Assembly (NCBI GenBank): GCA_963799675.1
Contig: CAWCXQ010000007.1
Location: 118,077 to 182,076 of the forward strand
Reading direction: 5' to 3'
DNA length: 64,000 bases
DNA from: an uncultured Chloroflexia bacterium
Lineage (GTDB): Bacteria > Chloroflexota > Limnocylindria > QHBO01
Below the pieces are notes generated by a model. That model was not told the DNA's origin. It saw only the letters and a list, made by a program, of their open reading frames with translations, and did not search any database. The translations under genes and the position numbers were made by a program. Positions 39,201 to 48,085 of this stretch are shown here, piece by piece. Positions within the stretch are counted from its first letter, which is position 1. Each line of letters begins with the position of its first letter.

Positions 39201-39680
39201 AGTGCGGTGAACCGAGGCCATTCCGACCGCGTGAGCCGGCTCGCGGGTCGCATGGCGGAGCGGCTCGGCTGCACCCCGGAAGAGCTGCACACCATCGAGC
39301 TCGGCGCGCGACTGCATGGCCTCGAGCAGACCGGGTTGAAGGAGCTCGAGCAGATCCCCTCCCTGCGCCCGGTGGGCGCCATCATTCGCGGCCAGCAGGA
39401 ACTCTCTGGAGGCGGCGCCGAGCGACGGCCGCGCAGAGGACGCGCCCCTGTCGGCGCTCACGTGATTGCCGCCGCCAATGCATACGACGAGATGACCGCT
39501 GGTGCCAGTCGCGGCCGCCCCGGGCGCGCGGCGGCGCTGGCCGCGCTTCGTGAGGGAGCGGCTGGGCCGATCCGCTCGGACGTCCTCGACGCCCTGAGCA
39601 CGGTGGTCGCCGAACGCCGGGATCGGGGAAGCCGGCGCCGTTCCGACGACCTCGTGGCCGAGGAGCGCGGCGCCGCCTGA
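36270..39680 (+). CDS. MerR/excisionase HTH + multiple GAF + GGDEF + degenerate HD-GYP protein
   Basis: AAARLGVHPNTIRSW...GDRRF; repeated GAF ends (AVAISNARLY etc.); DLDQFKSFNDSHGHPAGD, RSED, YGGDEF; GHSDRV without HD/GYP. Confidence 0.9.
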   Translation: MNRQTGLQALANVPRDRGGGPNALISVAQAAARLGVHPNTIRSWAEAGRLTAYRINARGDRRFRPADLERLLVEGGEPTPAPTLGEERDPRLALLGKLARTAASSSNVSAVCRVAVESLRADCGFETAAIYLAQSEILTLETHAGYRVPPEPTLDLPEQIGDEDPTSRVLAEGRRAIVPLRGATGALGCLLVESHDEMAVGQVPFLEIVAATLGAAVRNAAMLKGARREVTRGRALRSVTQELTGQLDLAVVLDDVVTRTRSLFEADKAGLWLIDDTERPFSMAAQRGLSEDFLAHVSDLTWESNTIGVQALRDRRPLVNRNAGTDEKAGLMRAVYAREGIRTACLTPLVVHEEPLGLLALYNLDDRPWPDEEVALVQAFASQAAVAISNARLYRSVADQAVRMGSIQDLSARLNRLTDVRAIAEAIVSEASILAEYNDIRVYAVDWETGWCEPVAFTKDMLGEGGDYEKRLRVPIGDGSFTGSVAASGEPLLINDALNDDRGKTIEGTDDIEESMLLVPMVFEGRSLGVIVLSQLGFNRFKPDDVQTMTIFAGYAAQAFANATAYERLTSQSAELARQLDTQRRLLDINERLLSTLDPSEILETIADGLKSVVAYDNLVIHQFDREAGLLKPILARDRHAAEVLRHQIPLGKGLTSWAVEHHEALLVNDALGDPRGIQIPGTPPDPEALIIVPLIADGEVIGAMNIGRIGHEEIYFSEADFELAKLFAGQASIALRNADEHHAVSLRANTDALSGLGNHGAFQRDLSELLGAAEAASEERGRRVAMLMMDLDQFKSFNDSHGHPAGDALIHAAAMAIYGAARSEDKVYRYGGDEFAIILPGSSGADAARVGERVRRAVAGLTAGQRSPVTITIGVAAFPDDARDRNELVAAADAALYAGKQAGEDRVVQASQVPSEMRGLRGTLDQLARAALMRGEEPASVERIVEHAALLTQEPDAREATVLDALLSVARSLDARSAVNRGHSDRVSRLAGRMAERLGCTPEELHTIELGARLHGLEQTGLKELEQIPSLRPVGAIIRGQQELSGGGAERRPRRGRAPVGAHVIAAANAYDEMTAGASRGRPGRAAALAALREGAAGPIRSDVLDALSTVVAERRDRGSRRRSDDLVAEERGAA

Positions 39681-39720
39681 CGGGATCGGGTCGCGGCCCG
39701 GTGCTATCATCGGGCCTCCC

Positions 39721-40473
39721 ATGCCGACCAGCCGCCGTGCTCCGCCGCGCTCGCAGTCGGCGGCGGGGCTGGCGATGCTGGCGATGGTCATCGCGCTGGC
39801 GGCGTGCACCACGGCCGAGCCGGTCCGCAGCCCAGACGCCTCCCCGGCCGAGACGCCAAGCCCGACACCGAGCCCAACCGTGGCTCCGTCCCCTACTCCC
39901 ACGCCGATCCCGACGCCGCGGTACACGAATGAGCCTGACCCGGCGCTCGACGCGCTCATTCCCCGAAGCGTCGCCGGGGCGACCGTGGTCGTCGTTCCTC
40001 CGGATCAATACGGGCTCACTCCGGGCGACGTGGGCGAGCCGTTCGGCGAGATCGGGCGGTATTTCCACGCACTGCTGATCGGCTACGTGGAGCAGCCGCG
40101 GGCGACGCTGTACGCCATGCACGTCGAGGGTCGCGAGGTCGCCACCCGGGACCTGCGGCCACACCTCGCCGAGATCGGACAGTACGTCGGGATCTCCGGT
40201 CTGCACCCCGAGGCATGGCACTCTGCAGTGCTCCCCGGCCACGTGGTCTGGGTCCGGCCGGAGGACGATGCCACCTTCGCCGGCACGATGATCTACACCT
40301 GGGCGGCGGATGAGTACGTATTTCTCCTGATCGGTGTCGATGATCGCGTCAACCGCGCGATCGTGGCGGCGCTCCCGGGCGAGCCGCCGCCCACGCCCTC
40401 GCCGGTGCCGAGCCGGTCGCCCCTGGCCAGCCCCTCGGTGAGCGCATCGCCCTCCGCCGCTGCCGGCGGTTAG
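39721..40473 (+). CDS. Hypothetical lipoprotein
   Basis: Lipobox LAAC, Pro/Ser/Thr linkers on both sides of a globular domain. Confidence 0.75.
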   Translation: MPTSRRAPPRSQSAAGLAMLAMVIALAACTTAEPVRSPDASPAETPSPTPSPTVAPSPTPTPIPTPRYTNEPDPALDALIPRSVAGATVVVVPPDQYGLTPGDVGEPFGEIGRYFHALLIGYVEQPRATLYAMHVEGREVATRDLRPHLAEIGQYVGISGLHPEAWHSAVLPGHVVWVRPEDDATFAGTMIYTWAADEYVFLLIGVDDRVNRAIVAALPGEPPPTPSPVPSRSPLASPSVSASPSAAAGG

Positions 40474-40487
40474 GCAGGAGCTCGAGC

Positions 40488-41564
40488 GTGCTCAGCCTCA
40501 CGGCATACGCGATCTCAATCGCCGGCACGATCGTGACAGTCGTGCTTCGCGTCGTCGGCGCGGACCCGAGCCTCACCTTCGGCCTGAGCGCGGTGACGAT
40601 CCTGGCACTCGCCTACGTCCTGGGCCAGGCCACCGAGCAGCTCGGCGCAGCCGCCGGGCCGCGCATCGGCGGGATCATGAACGCGACGGTGGGCAATATC
40701 GGCGAGATCATAATCGCCGGCTTCCTGATCACCGCCGGCGAGATCGAGGTGGTGCAGGTCTCGATCACCGGCTCGATCGTGGGCAACCTGCTGCTCGTCC
40801 TGGGCGCGTCGCTGGTCGTGGGCGGGCTGAAGAACGGCGTGCAGCGCTTCGACGCGCAGCTGACCGGCATGAACGCCGCCTCGTTGATCCTCGCAACCAT
40901 CGGCCTCGTCGTTCCCGCAACGTTCGCGTTCGCGATCGGCGGAGGCTCGGGGACCGGAGCCGGAGAACGCGGCTTCCCGCAGATCGAATCGCTGACGGTT
41001 GGCGTGGCGATCGTGCTGATCATCACCTACGCCGCCCAGACCTATTTCTTCTTCAGCTCCCCGGAGGCCCCCGGCGGACATGCCGAAGAGGAGGTCGCCC
41101 CCGAGTGGAGCATGCGCCGCTCGATCGCGGTCCTCCTGGCGTCGGCGGTCGCGCTCACCGCCGTCAGCGAGGTGCTCGTCCATACCCTGGAGCCGGCGGT
41201 CGCCGCGCTGGGCGTGAGCAAGCTGTTCATCGGCATGATCCTGATCCCGGTCATCGGCAACCTTGCCGAGCACATCGTTGGCGTGACCCTCGCCTACAAG
41301 AACAAGATGGACTTCAGCCTCATCACCTCGCTCGGCAGCGCGACCCAGATCGCGCTCTTTGCAGCCCCGGTCCTCGTCTTCTTCAGCCTCTTCGTGGGCC
41401 ACCCGCTCACGCTCGTCTTCACGCCCCTCGAGGTGGTCGCCGTCGGGGCCGCCACGTTCATCGCGGCCTACATAGCTCTCGACGGGCGCACGAACTGGGT
41501 CGAGGGGATCCAGCTCGTTTCCGTCTACCTGATCCTGGCCATCGCGTTCTTTTACCTCACCTAG
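40488..41564 (+). CDS. cax: Ca2+/H+ exchanger (CaCA family)
   Basis: NATVGNIGE, GSIVGNLL, GNLAEH, GSATQIALF, NWVEG. Confidence 0.92.
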   Translation: MLSLTAYAISIAGTIVTVVLRVVGADPSLTFGLSAVTILALAYVLGQATEQLGAAAGPRIGGIMNATVGNIGEIIIAGFLITAGEIEVVQVSITGSIVGNLLLVLGASLVVGGLKNGVQRFDAQLTGMNAASLILATIGLVVPATFAFAIGGGSGTGAGERGFPQIESLTVGVAIVLIITYAAQTYFFFSSPEAPGGHAEEEVAPEWSMRRSIAVLLASAVALTAVSEVLVHTLEPAVAALGVSKLFIGMILIPVIGNLAEHIVGVTLAYKNKMDFSLITSLGSATQIALFAAPVLVFFSLFVGHPLTLVFTPLEVVAVGAATFIAAYIALDGRTNWVEGIQLVSVYLILAIAFFYLT

Positions 41565-41607
41565 CGCCCGCAGGCCGTCGTGCGGCGACGGCCGGTATCA
41601 TCGCTCG

Positions 41608-42636
41608 GTGGCGGATTTGGAGCAGGAGAGCGACTGGGACGAGCCTGACGACCGGCGCTCGCGGAAGCGCGACCGCCTTGCCCGGCTGCTGAGCGTGGCG
41701 TCGATCCTCTACTCGCGCGGCAGCACGGAGGCCGGGGTCCCGGTGACCGAGATCGCCCGCCTGACCGATATGACCACGCGGACCGTCTATCGCGACATCC
41801 GGGCGCTCGACGAGGAGCTCGGAGTGCCGGTCTTCCAGGCCGGGCGCGGCCGCTTCGGGATCGACCGCAAGTACTTCCTCCCTCCCCTGCGTCTCTCGGT
41901 GCCCGAGGCGATCGTCCTCTTCCTCGCCGCGCGGCTGATCGCGCGCTGGTCCGATGAGTACGACGCGGCGGTCGTCAGTGCCTTCACGAAGCTGGCCGAT
42001 CTGCTCCCTCAGCCGATCGCTCGCCATGTCGCCGCCACCATGCTCTCGGTTGGCGAGCATGGCCGCAATGAGCCGTTCATGCGCAACTTCGCGACGGTGG
42101 CGCGCGGCTGGGCCGAGGGCCGGGTGGTCCAGATCGACTATGAAGCCGCCGGGGCGGAACGGAAGCGGACCCGGGTGCGGCCATACCTGCTCGAGCCCGA
42201 TGCCGCCAGCCGCAATGTGTACCTGATCGGCCACGACGAGACCGCCGATGCGATGCGCACCTACAAGGTCGAGCGGATCCGATCCTCCACCCTCAGCGGT
42301 GACCGCTACGAGATCCCGGCCGACTTCGATCCCGATCGCTGGCTTGCCCACTCGTGGGGGATCTGGTCGTCGGACACCACCCCGACCGCTCGGATCCGGC
42401 TCCGGTTCGACGGCGACGTTGCGCATCGGGTGCGCGAGTCGGTCTGGCACCGGTCGCAGGAGCTCGTCGAGCTCCCGGAGGGCGGCGTCGAGCTGACCGT
42501 CACGGTAGCCGGCATCGTCGAGATCCGGCCCTGGGTGCTGTCATGGGGCCAGTCGGTCGAGGTCCTCGAACCGCCCGAGCTGCGAGACTCGGTGGCGCGC
42601 TCGGTGGCTGCGGCGGCTGCGCGCTATGGCGACTGA
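41608..42636 (+). CDS. WYL-domain transcriptional regulator (HTH-WYL-WCX)
   Basis: RTVYRDIRAL, VRPYLL, VYLIG, RTYKVERI, WVLSWG..VEVLEPPELR. Confidence 0.92.
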   Translation: MADLEQESDWDEPDDRRSRKRDRLARLLSVASILYSRGSTEAGVPVTEIARLTDMTTRTVYRDIRALDEELGVPVFQAGRGRFGIDRKYFLPPLRLSVPEAIVLFLAARLIARWSDEYDAAVVSAFTKLADLLPQPIARHVAATMLSVGEHGRNEPFMRNFATVARGWAEGRVVQIDYEAAGAERKRTRVRPYLLEPDAASRNVYLIGHDETADAMRTYKVERIRSSTLSGDRYEIPADFDPDRWLAHSWGIWSSDTTPTARIRLRFDGDVAHRVRESVWHRSQELVELPEGGVELTVTVAGIVEIRPWVLSWGQSVEVLEPPELRDSVARSVAAAAARYGD

Positions 42637-43285
42637 GGTCGAATCGAAGTTCCGAGCGGCCGATCCGCACACCCTGCAACGGCTGGCCACCGTCGACCGG
42701 CTCGGCCCGGCGCGGCTGGGTCCGGCCAGCGTGGCGGATGAGGTGGACCGCTACCTCGACACGCCGGATGGGCTCCTCGCCGCCGCCGGGTGGGCGTGCC
42801 GGCTGCGGACTCGCGCGGGCCGCACGATCGTCTCCCTGAAGGGGACCGCGGCCCAGGCGCTGGGGGACGTCTCGGGCGTCCACCGTCGACCAGAGGTCGA
42901 GGGACCCGCCACCGCCGCACTCGACCCCGGCACGTGGCCGGCGAGCGCCGCGCGTGACCTGCTGGTCGAGCTGACCCGTGGCGCCGTGCTCGAGCAGGGG
43001 CTGCGCCTCGACCAGCGACGGACCGAGCGAGCGGTGGCCCTCGGCGGGCACGAGGTCGCGACGCTCAGCCTCGACGAGGTTCAGGTCTTCGACCGGAAAG
43101 GCGGCTCGGCGGGCTGGCTGCTCATCGTCGAGCTCGAGCATGCGGACGGCGCGCGCGACCGGGAGCCCGCGCTTGCCCCGGTCGCCGATGCGCTGCGTGC
43201 GGAGCCCGGCCTGGTCCCGGACCCGCTCACCAAGCTCGAGCACGCCACCAGGCTCATCGCGGAGTCACGAGCAGCGGCCGGATGA
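42626..43285 (+). CDS. CYTH (triphosphate tunnel) domain protein
   Basis: EVESK (ExExK), DRYLDTPD, CRLR, LSLDEV, VELE, TKL. Confidence 0.85.
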   Translation: MATEVESKFRAADPHTLQRLATVDRLGPARLGPASVADEVDRYLDTPDGLLAAAGWACRLRTRAGRTIVSLKGTAAQALGDVSGVHRRPEVEGPATAALDPGTWPASAARDLLVELTRGAVLEQGLRLDQRRTERAVALGGHEVATLSLDEVQVFDRKGGSAGWLLIVELEHADGARDREPALAPVADALRAEPGLVPDPLTKLEHATRLIAESRAAAG

Positions 43286-45468
43286 TCCGCAGCGGCCCGG
43301 CGCGCATCGCCCTCGTCGAGCTCGTGTGCCTCGGGATCGGCGTCGCGATCTTCGGCTACGTGGGCTGGGATGGGGCCATGTGGGACCCGCGCTACCAGCT
43401 CGGCCTGCACCTCGCCGCGATCGCCGCCCTCGGCGGCCTGGTGGCGCTGGCGCTGATGGGCCGCCCGCTGCCGCGGACTCGGCTCGATACCCTGGTCCTG
43501 CTGCTCCTGATCGCGTTCGGGATCGCGACACTGGCAGGAGAGAACCGAGGGCTCGCCGTCCGCGCCCTCGCGGCGATCGTGGCGACCGCGGCGATGCTGC
43601 CGGTCGCGCTGGTGGTCGTGCGGCAGCGCCCCAGCCTGACCGCGGCAGCGGTCACCATCCCCATCCTGGGCCTCGCCGCCGGCGACCTGCTGGTCATGCT
43701 CCTCCGTCGTCTGAACTGGTACCTCGCGGGAGGCCCGGGCCTCCTTCCTCCGGTGCGGCTGCCAAACGAGGGAAGCCCGTTCGGCTCCGTCGCGGTCGCG
43801 CCCTTCGTGCTCCTTGCGGCCCTGGCGCTCACGCTGCTGATCGACGGGCGAAGAGTGCGACACTGGATCCAGGCTGGCCTGGTGGCGGTCGGCGTACCGC
43901 TCACCCTGCTCTCCGGCTCGCGCTCGGCGTGGCTCGCGATCGGAACGGCCGGGCTGATCCTCGTCGCCCCCCGCGTCCGCCACCTCCGCTCGCCCGCCCG
44001 CTGGACCGTTCGCCACGCAGCGATCGGTGCCGCTGCCGTGGTCGCCCTCGCGGCGGCGGCGGTCTTCGTCGCGCCGCGCCTGACCGCAATCAGCTCGCTC
44101 GTCTACCGAAGCTACCTGTGGCGCGACACCCTCGCGGCGTGGAGCGCAAACCCGCTCCTCGGGATTGGGCCGGGGACGATGCCCTTCGCCCGACAGGCGG
44201 CGGCACCGGACCTGACCTTCCCGGTCAGGCAGCCGCACTCCCACGATCTTGCTCTCGGCCTGCTCGGTGACGCGGGCCTCCTTGGGCTGGCGCTCGGCGC
44301 GCTGCTGTTGCTCAGCTTCGTGGTCATCGCCGGCCCGTGGCGGTCACGCTCGTTCGCCGGCCGCGCCGCCTTCGCGACCCTTGCCGGATTCGCGGTCGCC
44401 GGCCTCTTCGAGGACCTCACCTTCCTGCCGAACTTCAACCTCCTGGTCGTGCTCCTCGTCGCGGTCGCCCTGGCCGATGCCGGAGCAGTCTCGTGGCGAC
44501 CCTGGCGCATCCCGCTCCCCGCCCTCGTCGCCGGAGGGGTCGCCGCGTCGGCGCTCCTTGCGGCAGTGATCGCCGGCGACGCTGCCGCCCTCGTCTACCG
44601 AATGGGGACCGATGCCGCCGGCAACCACGACTGGGATGCCGCCACCGCCTTGCTCGTGCGCTCCGAGCAGATCGATCCCTGGTATCCGGCGACGCCCAAG
44701 GCGTTGGCCGTGGCCGCCGATGCGGCGGGCGACGGTGACCTGGCGCGCGCAGCGGCCGAGCGTGCGCTCCAGCTCAACGCGGGCGACGGCCCCTCCTGGA
44801 CCAACCTCGCAATCCTCTGCCAACGAGCCGGTGATACCGGCTGCGCGGGGCACGCGGCGGACCGGGCGGTGGCGACCGCGACCCTGGGCGGCCGCGAGCT
44901 GATCAACGCGGCGCTCGTCTACGACGGCATCGGGCGGCCCGAGGACGCCGATCGCGCGTATCGGCTCTCGCTGCTGACGAACCGCTATACGGCCCTCGCG
45001 TTCAAGTGGCCGCGCCAGGTGAGCGTCGGCGACGAGAGGGTCGCGGAGCAGGACGAGACCGATCGAGAGGTGAACGTCGTCGTCGCGCAGCAGGCCCAGG
45101 GCGAGACGGTCGATCCGGCCGCGTTTCGGGAGCCACTCGCACATGCGCTTGCCCTTGCCCTGGTCGGCGATCGGGACGCTGCGGAGCTGGCGCTGGCCTC
45201 GACCATCGAGGCGCAGCCGACGTCGCTCGCAGCCTGGGACCTCGCGGCGGTGCTCCGTCAGCACTGGGGCACTGACGCCGCACACGCCCGCGCGGTGGCG
45301 GAGGCGCTGCACAACGCGCCGTTCTCGACCGCCGCACCGCGAGCGCCTGACCTCGTCTTCGACATCGCTACTTTCCGCGCCTATCCCCGCGACGGGCTGG
45401 TCCGCTCGGCGGAACGGCTCCTGCCCCATCGGCAGTGGCCGTGGGCGCTCGAGCCCCTGCTGCCCTGA
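43282..45468 (+). CDS. O-antigen ligase (Wzy_C) family membrane protein with TPR-like C-terminus
   Basis: LSGSRSAWL, R..LW, NPLLGIGPG, HSHD, many TMs, then helical repeats. Confidence 0.85.
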   Translation: MIRSGPARIALVELVCLGIGVAIFGYVGWDGAMWDPRYQLGLHLAAIAALGGLVALALMGRPLPRTRLDTLVLLLLIAFGIATLAGENRGLAVRALAAIVATAAMLPVALVVVRQRPSLTAAAVTIPILGLAAGDLLVMLLRRLNWYLAGGPGLLPPVRLPNEGSPFGSVAVAPFVLLAALALTLLIDGRRVRHWIQAGLVAVGVPLTLLSGSRSAWLAIGTAGLILVAPRVRHLRSPARWTVRHAAIGAAAVVALAAAAVFVAPRLTAISSLVYRSYLWRDTLAAWSANPLLGIGPGTMPFARQAAAPDLTFPVRQPHSHDLALGLLGDAGLLGLALGALLLLSFVVIAGPWRSRSFAGRAAFATLAGFAVAGLFEDLTFLPNFNLLVVLLVAVALADAGAVSWRPWRIPLPALVAGGVAASALLAAVIAGDAAALVYRMGTDAAGNHDWDAATALLVRSEQIDPWYPATPKALAVAADAAGDGDLARAAAERALQLNAGDGPSWTNLAILCQRAGDTGCAGHAADRAVATATLGGRELINAALVYDGIGRPEDADRAYRLSLLTNRYTALAFKWPRQVSVGDERVAEQDETDREVNVVVAQQAQGETVDPAAFREPLAHALALALVGDRDAAELALASTIEAQPTSLAAWDLAAVLRQHWGTDAAHARAVAEALHNAPFSTAAPRAPDLVFDIATFRAYPRDGLVRSAERLLPHRQWPWALEPLLP

Positions 45469-45471
45469 GGC

Positions 45472-46152
45472 CTACAGCTCGAGCGGAAGGCGCTGGATGA
45501 GCGACAGGCTGGGCCGCCCACGAGCGGGGGCTGGCGTGATCGGGGCACGAAGCCACGCGTCGCCCGATGGCCCTGACCGGTAGCGGGCGTCGAGCCGGCG
45601 CGCGGAGAGGCCATCGAGCCCGATGCGGGCCAGCGCTTCCGCGAGCAGCGTGCCCTCGCCGGGGTAAGCGTGACCCACGGCGGCCCGATCACCGTCCGGC
45701 AGGACCTCCTGCAGCCGTTGCCTCCGGGCCTGGTACGGGCGCCGCGCCCAGGAGTCCGCATCGCACCAGAGCAGGTCGCTGGCCACGTAGGCCGGACGCC
45801 CGCCGTGCCGCCCTGCCTCGAGGCGCCTCCGAAGCAGCGAGCTGTCCGGGCGGCCGCCGCGATCCAGCACGAGCAGCGTGCCGTCGAGCACCACGCCATC
45901 GGCGAGGAGCTGGAGCGGGAGCTCGCGGAGCTCCGGGAAGGCCGCGAGCGCATCGCTCAGGCCGTGGGCCTGGAGACGCAGCGCCCCCGCCTCGATGAAG
46001 GCGATCGCTCGCAGGCCGGGCCACCAGGGCTCGAAGAGGTACGCAGGATCGTCGAACGGGGCGTCTACCGCTGCCGGCTGCATCGGCGCCACGCGAGCCG
46101 GGAGGCGGCCGGATTCGGATGGGATGGAGAGCGGGAGCTGCTCGTCCGCCAC
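45472..46152 (-). CDS. Degenerate ATP-dependent DNA ligase adenylation domain (LigC/LigD-like)
   Basis: VAPM, FEPWWPGLRA (in place of EPKxDGxR), FPEL, LDGTL, SDLL, DGLSARR, YRSG, WLR; no OB domain. Confidence 0.75.
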   Translation of the reverse strand: MADEQLPLSIPSESGRLPARVAPMQPAAVDAPFDDPAYLFEPWWPGLRAIAFIEAGALRLQAHGLSDALAAFPELRELPLQLLADGVVLDGTLLVLDRGGRPDSSLLRRRLEAGRHGGRPAYVASDLLWCDADSWARRPYQARRQRLQEVLPDGDRAAVGHAYPGEGTLLAEALARIGLDGLSARRLDARYRSGPSGDAWLRAPITPAPARGRPSLSLIQRLPLEL

Positions 46153-46160
46153 GCGCTCGG

Positions 46161-47000
46161 CTAGGCGGTCTTCCGGCGTCGGCGCGGCGCCTCTTCCGAC
46201 TTCGCAGTGACCTCGCGCGCATCGCGGGCGGCGGCGACCGAGGCTTCGAGGGCCGCCATCAGGTCGGCGATGTTCGTCGCCTCGACGCGCTGGGCCGGCT
46301 CGGGCGCCTCGCCCGCCACCTTGCGCTCGATGACCGCCATGAGCGCCTGGCGGTAGTCGTCGCGGTAGGCATCGGCGCTGAAGTCACCAGTCATCGAAGC
46401 GACCAGCTGCTCCGCCATCTTCTTCTCTGCGGGCTTGATCTCGACCTGGTCCTCGGGCAGGTTCAGGTCCTCGATGGCCCGGACCTCGTCGGGCCAGTGG
46501 AGGGTGGTGAGGAGCATCGTGCTGGCGTAAGGGTTGAGCGCGGCCAGCTGCTCGCGGTCCTTCAGCACGATCTTGCAGATGGCGGTCTTGCCCTGCTCGG
46601 CGAGGACCGGCTGCAGCAGGTAGAAGGCCTTGCGTGCCGATCGGCTCCGGCTCCAGGTAGTAGGCCTGCTTCACGAACTGCGCGCCCTTGGCCCTCGCGG
46701 CGCGCATCCACGAACATCTCGATCTCGATGGCCCGCATGGTCTTCAGTGGGACGGAATCGATGTCCTCCTCGGTCGACGACCACGTACTTGCCCTTGCTC
46801 CACTCATAGCCGCGCACCGTCTCGCTGCGCGGTATGACCGCGTCGTGGTAGGGGCAGTAGATCTTCATCTGGATCCGGTTCAGGCAGCTGGCGTGCAGCA
46901 GGTTGAAGCCGATCCCGCCCTGCTCGGTCGCCAGGTAGAGCTTGACCGGGATCGTCACCAGTCCGAACTGGATCGCCCCCCGCCACATCGATCGTGCCAT
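46161..47000 (-). CDS. ku: NHEJ protein Ku (frameshifted)
   Basis: RSMWRGAIQFGLVTIPVKLY, VRGYE, YYLEP, LHWPDEVR, YRDDY, DLMAALEAS. Confidence 0.93.
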
Positions 47001-47060
47001 TGGTCTCCTGCGTGCTTCGTGCCCTCAGATCAGCCGCGGGCGGTGACTATACAACGCCCG

Positions 47061-47076
47061 TGCAAGACCTCCGCCA
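47061..47076 (-). promoter_or_regulatory. sigma54-like -24/-12 motif upstream of ku
   Basis: TGGCGGAGGTCTTGCA (GG-N10-GC), 60 nt upstream of the ATG. Confidence 0.5.
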
Positions 47077-47160
47077 TGCCCGGAAGGTACGCCGGAGGTA
47101 CCAGAAGCCTGACCGATGCGGCCATTGCCCTCCGCGGTGCGCCGCGACACACTGGCCCTT

Positions 47161-47580
47161 GTGAACGAGACCGACGCGGCGGCCGAGCAGGCGGCCCAGA
47201 CCGATCAGCTGCGCGCCTATGTGCTCGAGGACGATCCCGATATCGCTGCGCTCGAGGCGGACATTCTCCGAGACGAAGGCTTCACGGTCGTGACCTGCAC
47301 CCGCATCGTGGAGCTCGGCGACCTGATGGACGTGGCCCTCCCGCACCTGCTCGTCGTCGACGTCATGCTCCCCGACGGCGACGGGGGCAACATCACCGAG
47401 CTCCTGCGGCGCGCGTGGCCAGGGATCCCAGTCGTCATCGTCAGCGCGGCGAGCCGAGAACGGCTGGCAGAGCTGGCCCCGATGGGACCTGTCGTGGCCA
47501 AGCCATTCGACATCGAGGCGTTTGCGTCCGCCGTCCGCGAGGCGCTCGACGACGCGCGAGATATCCGCTCGGCGTCGTGA
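47161..47580 (+). CDS. Single-domain response regulator
   Basis: LEDD, VDVMLPDGDG, IVSA, KPFD. Confidence 0.88.
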   Translation: MNETDAAAEQAAQTDQLRAYVLEDDPDIAALEADILRDEGFTVVTCTRIVELGDLMDVALPHLLVVDVMLPDGDGGNITELLRRAWPGIPVVIVSAASRERLAELAPMGPVVAKPFDIEAFASAVREALDDARDIRSAS

Positions 47581-47585
47581 TCCGC

Positions 47586-48053
47586 TCAGTGGGGCCCGGT
47601 GACGACCACCAGCTCGCTCCGCGACTGCTCACCCTCGCGCTGCAGCCGGTAGCGATGCTCGATCGTGACGCTCGCCGAGAGCATGGCGCTGACCGGGCAG
47701 TACCGGGTCGCCGAAAGCTCGATCGAACGCCGCAGCGCCTCGGGCTCCACCGCTCCGCTGACCCGGTGCTCGACGCTGATGCGGACGAAGACCTTCGGGT
47801 GCTCGGCCGCGGAGTCGCCGCTCACGGCGATCTGGTAGCCGGTCGGCCGTTGCCGCTTCTTGCGCAGGATCGTCGCCACGTCCATCGAGGTGCAGCCGGC
47901 GAGCGCCGCCAGGAGCGCCTCCTTGGGTCCCGCCGCGCCACGCCTGCCCTCGTCGCCGGCGGCGTCGAGCCGCAGCTGGTGCCCGGAGCCGGTCGTCACG
48001 TCGACTGCCAACCCGGCCGGGTCGACCAGGGTGGCCAGGATCTCGTGTGGCAC
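47586..48053 (-). CDS. OsmC/Ohr (YhfA-like) protein
   Basis: PKEALLAALAGCTSMDV, HPKVF, YCPVS. Confidence 0.9.
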   Translation of the reverse strand: MPHEILATLVDPAGLAVDVTTGSGHQLRLDAAGDEGRRGAAGPKEALLAALAGCTSMDVATILRKKRQRPTGYQIAVSGDSAAEHPKVFVRISVEHRVSGAVEPEALRRSIELSATRYCPVSAMLSASVTIEHRYRLQREGEQSRSELVVVTGPH

Positions 48054-48085
48054 CGGACGACTCTAGCAGCCGGCGCGAGAGTCCC

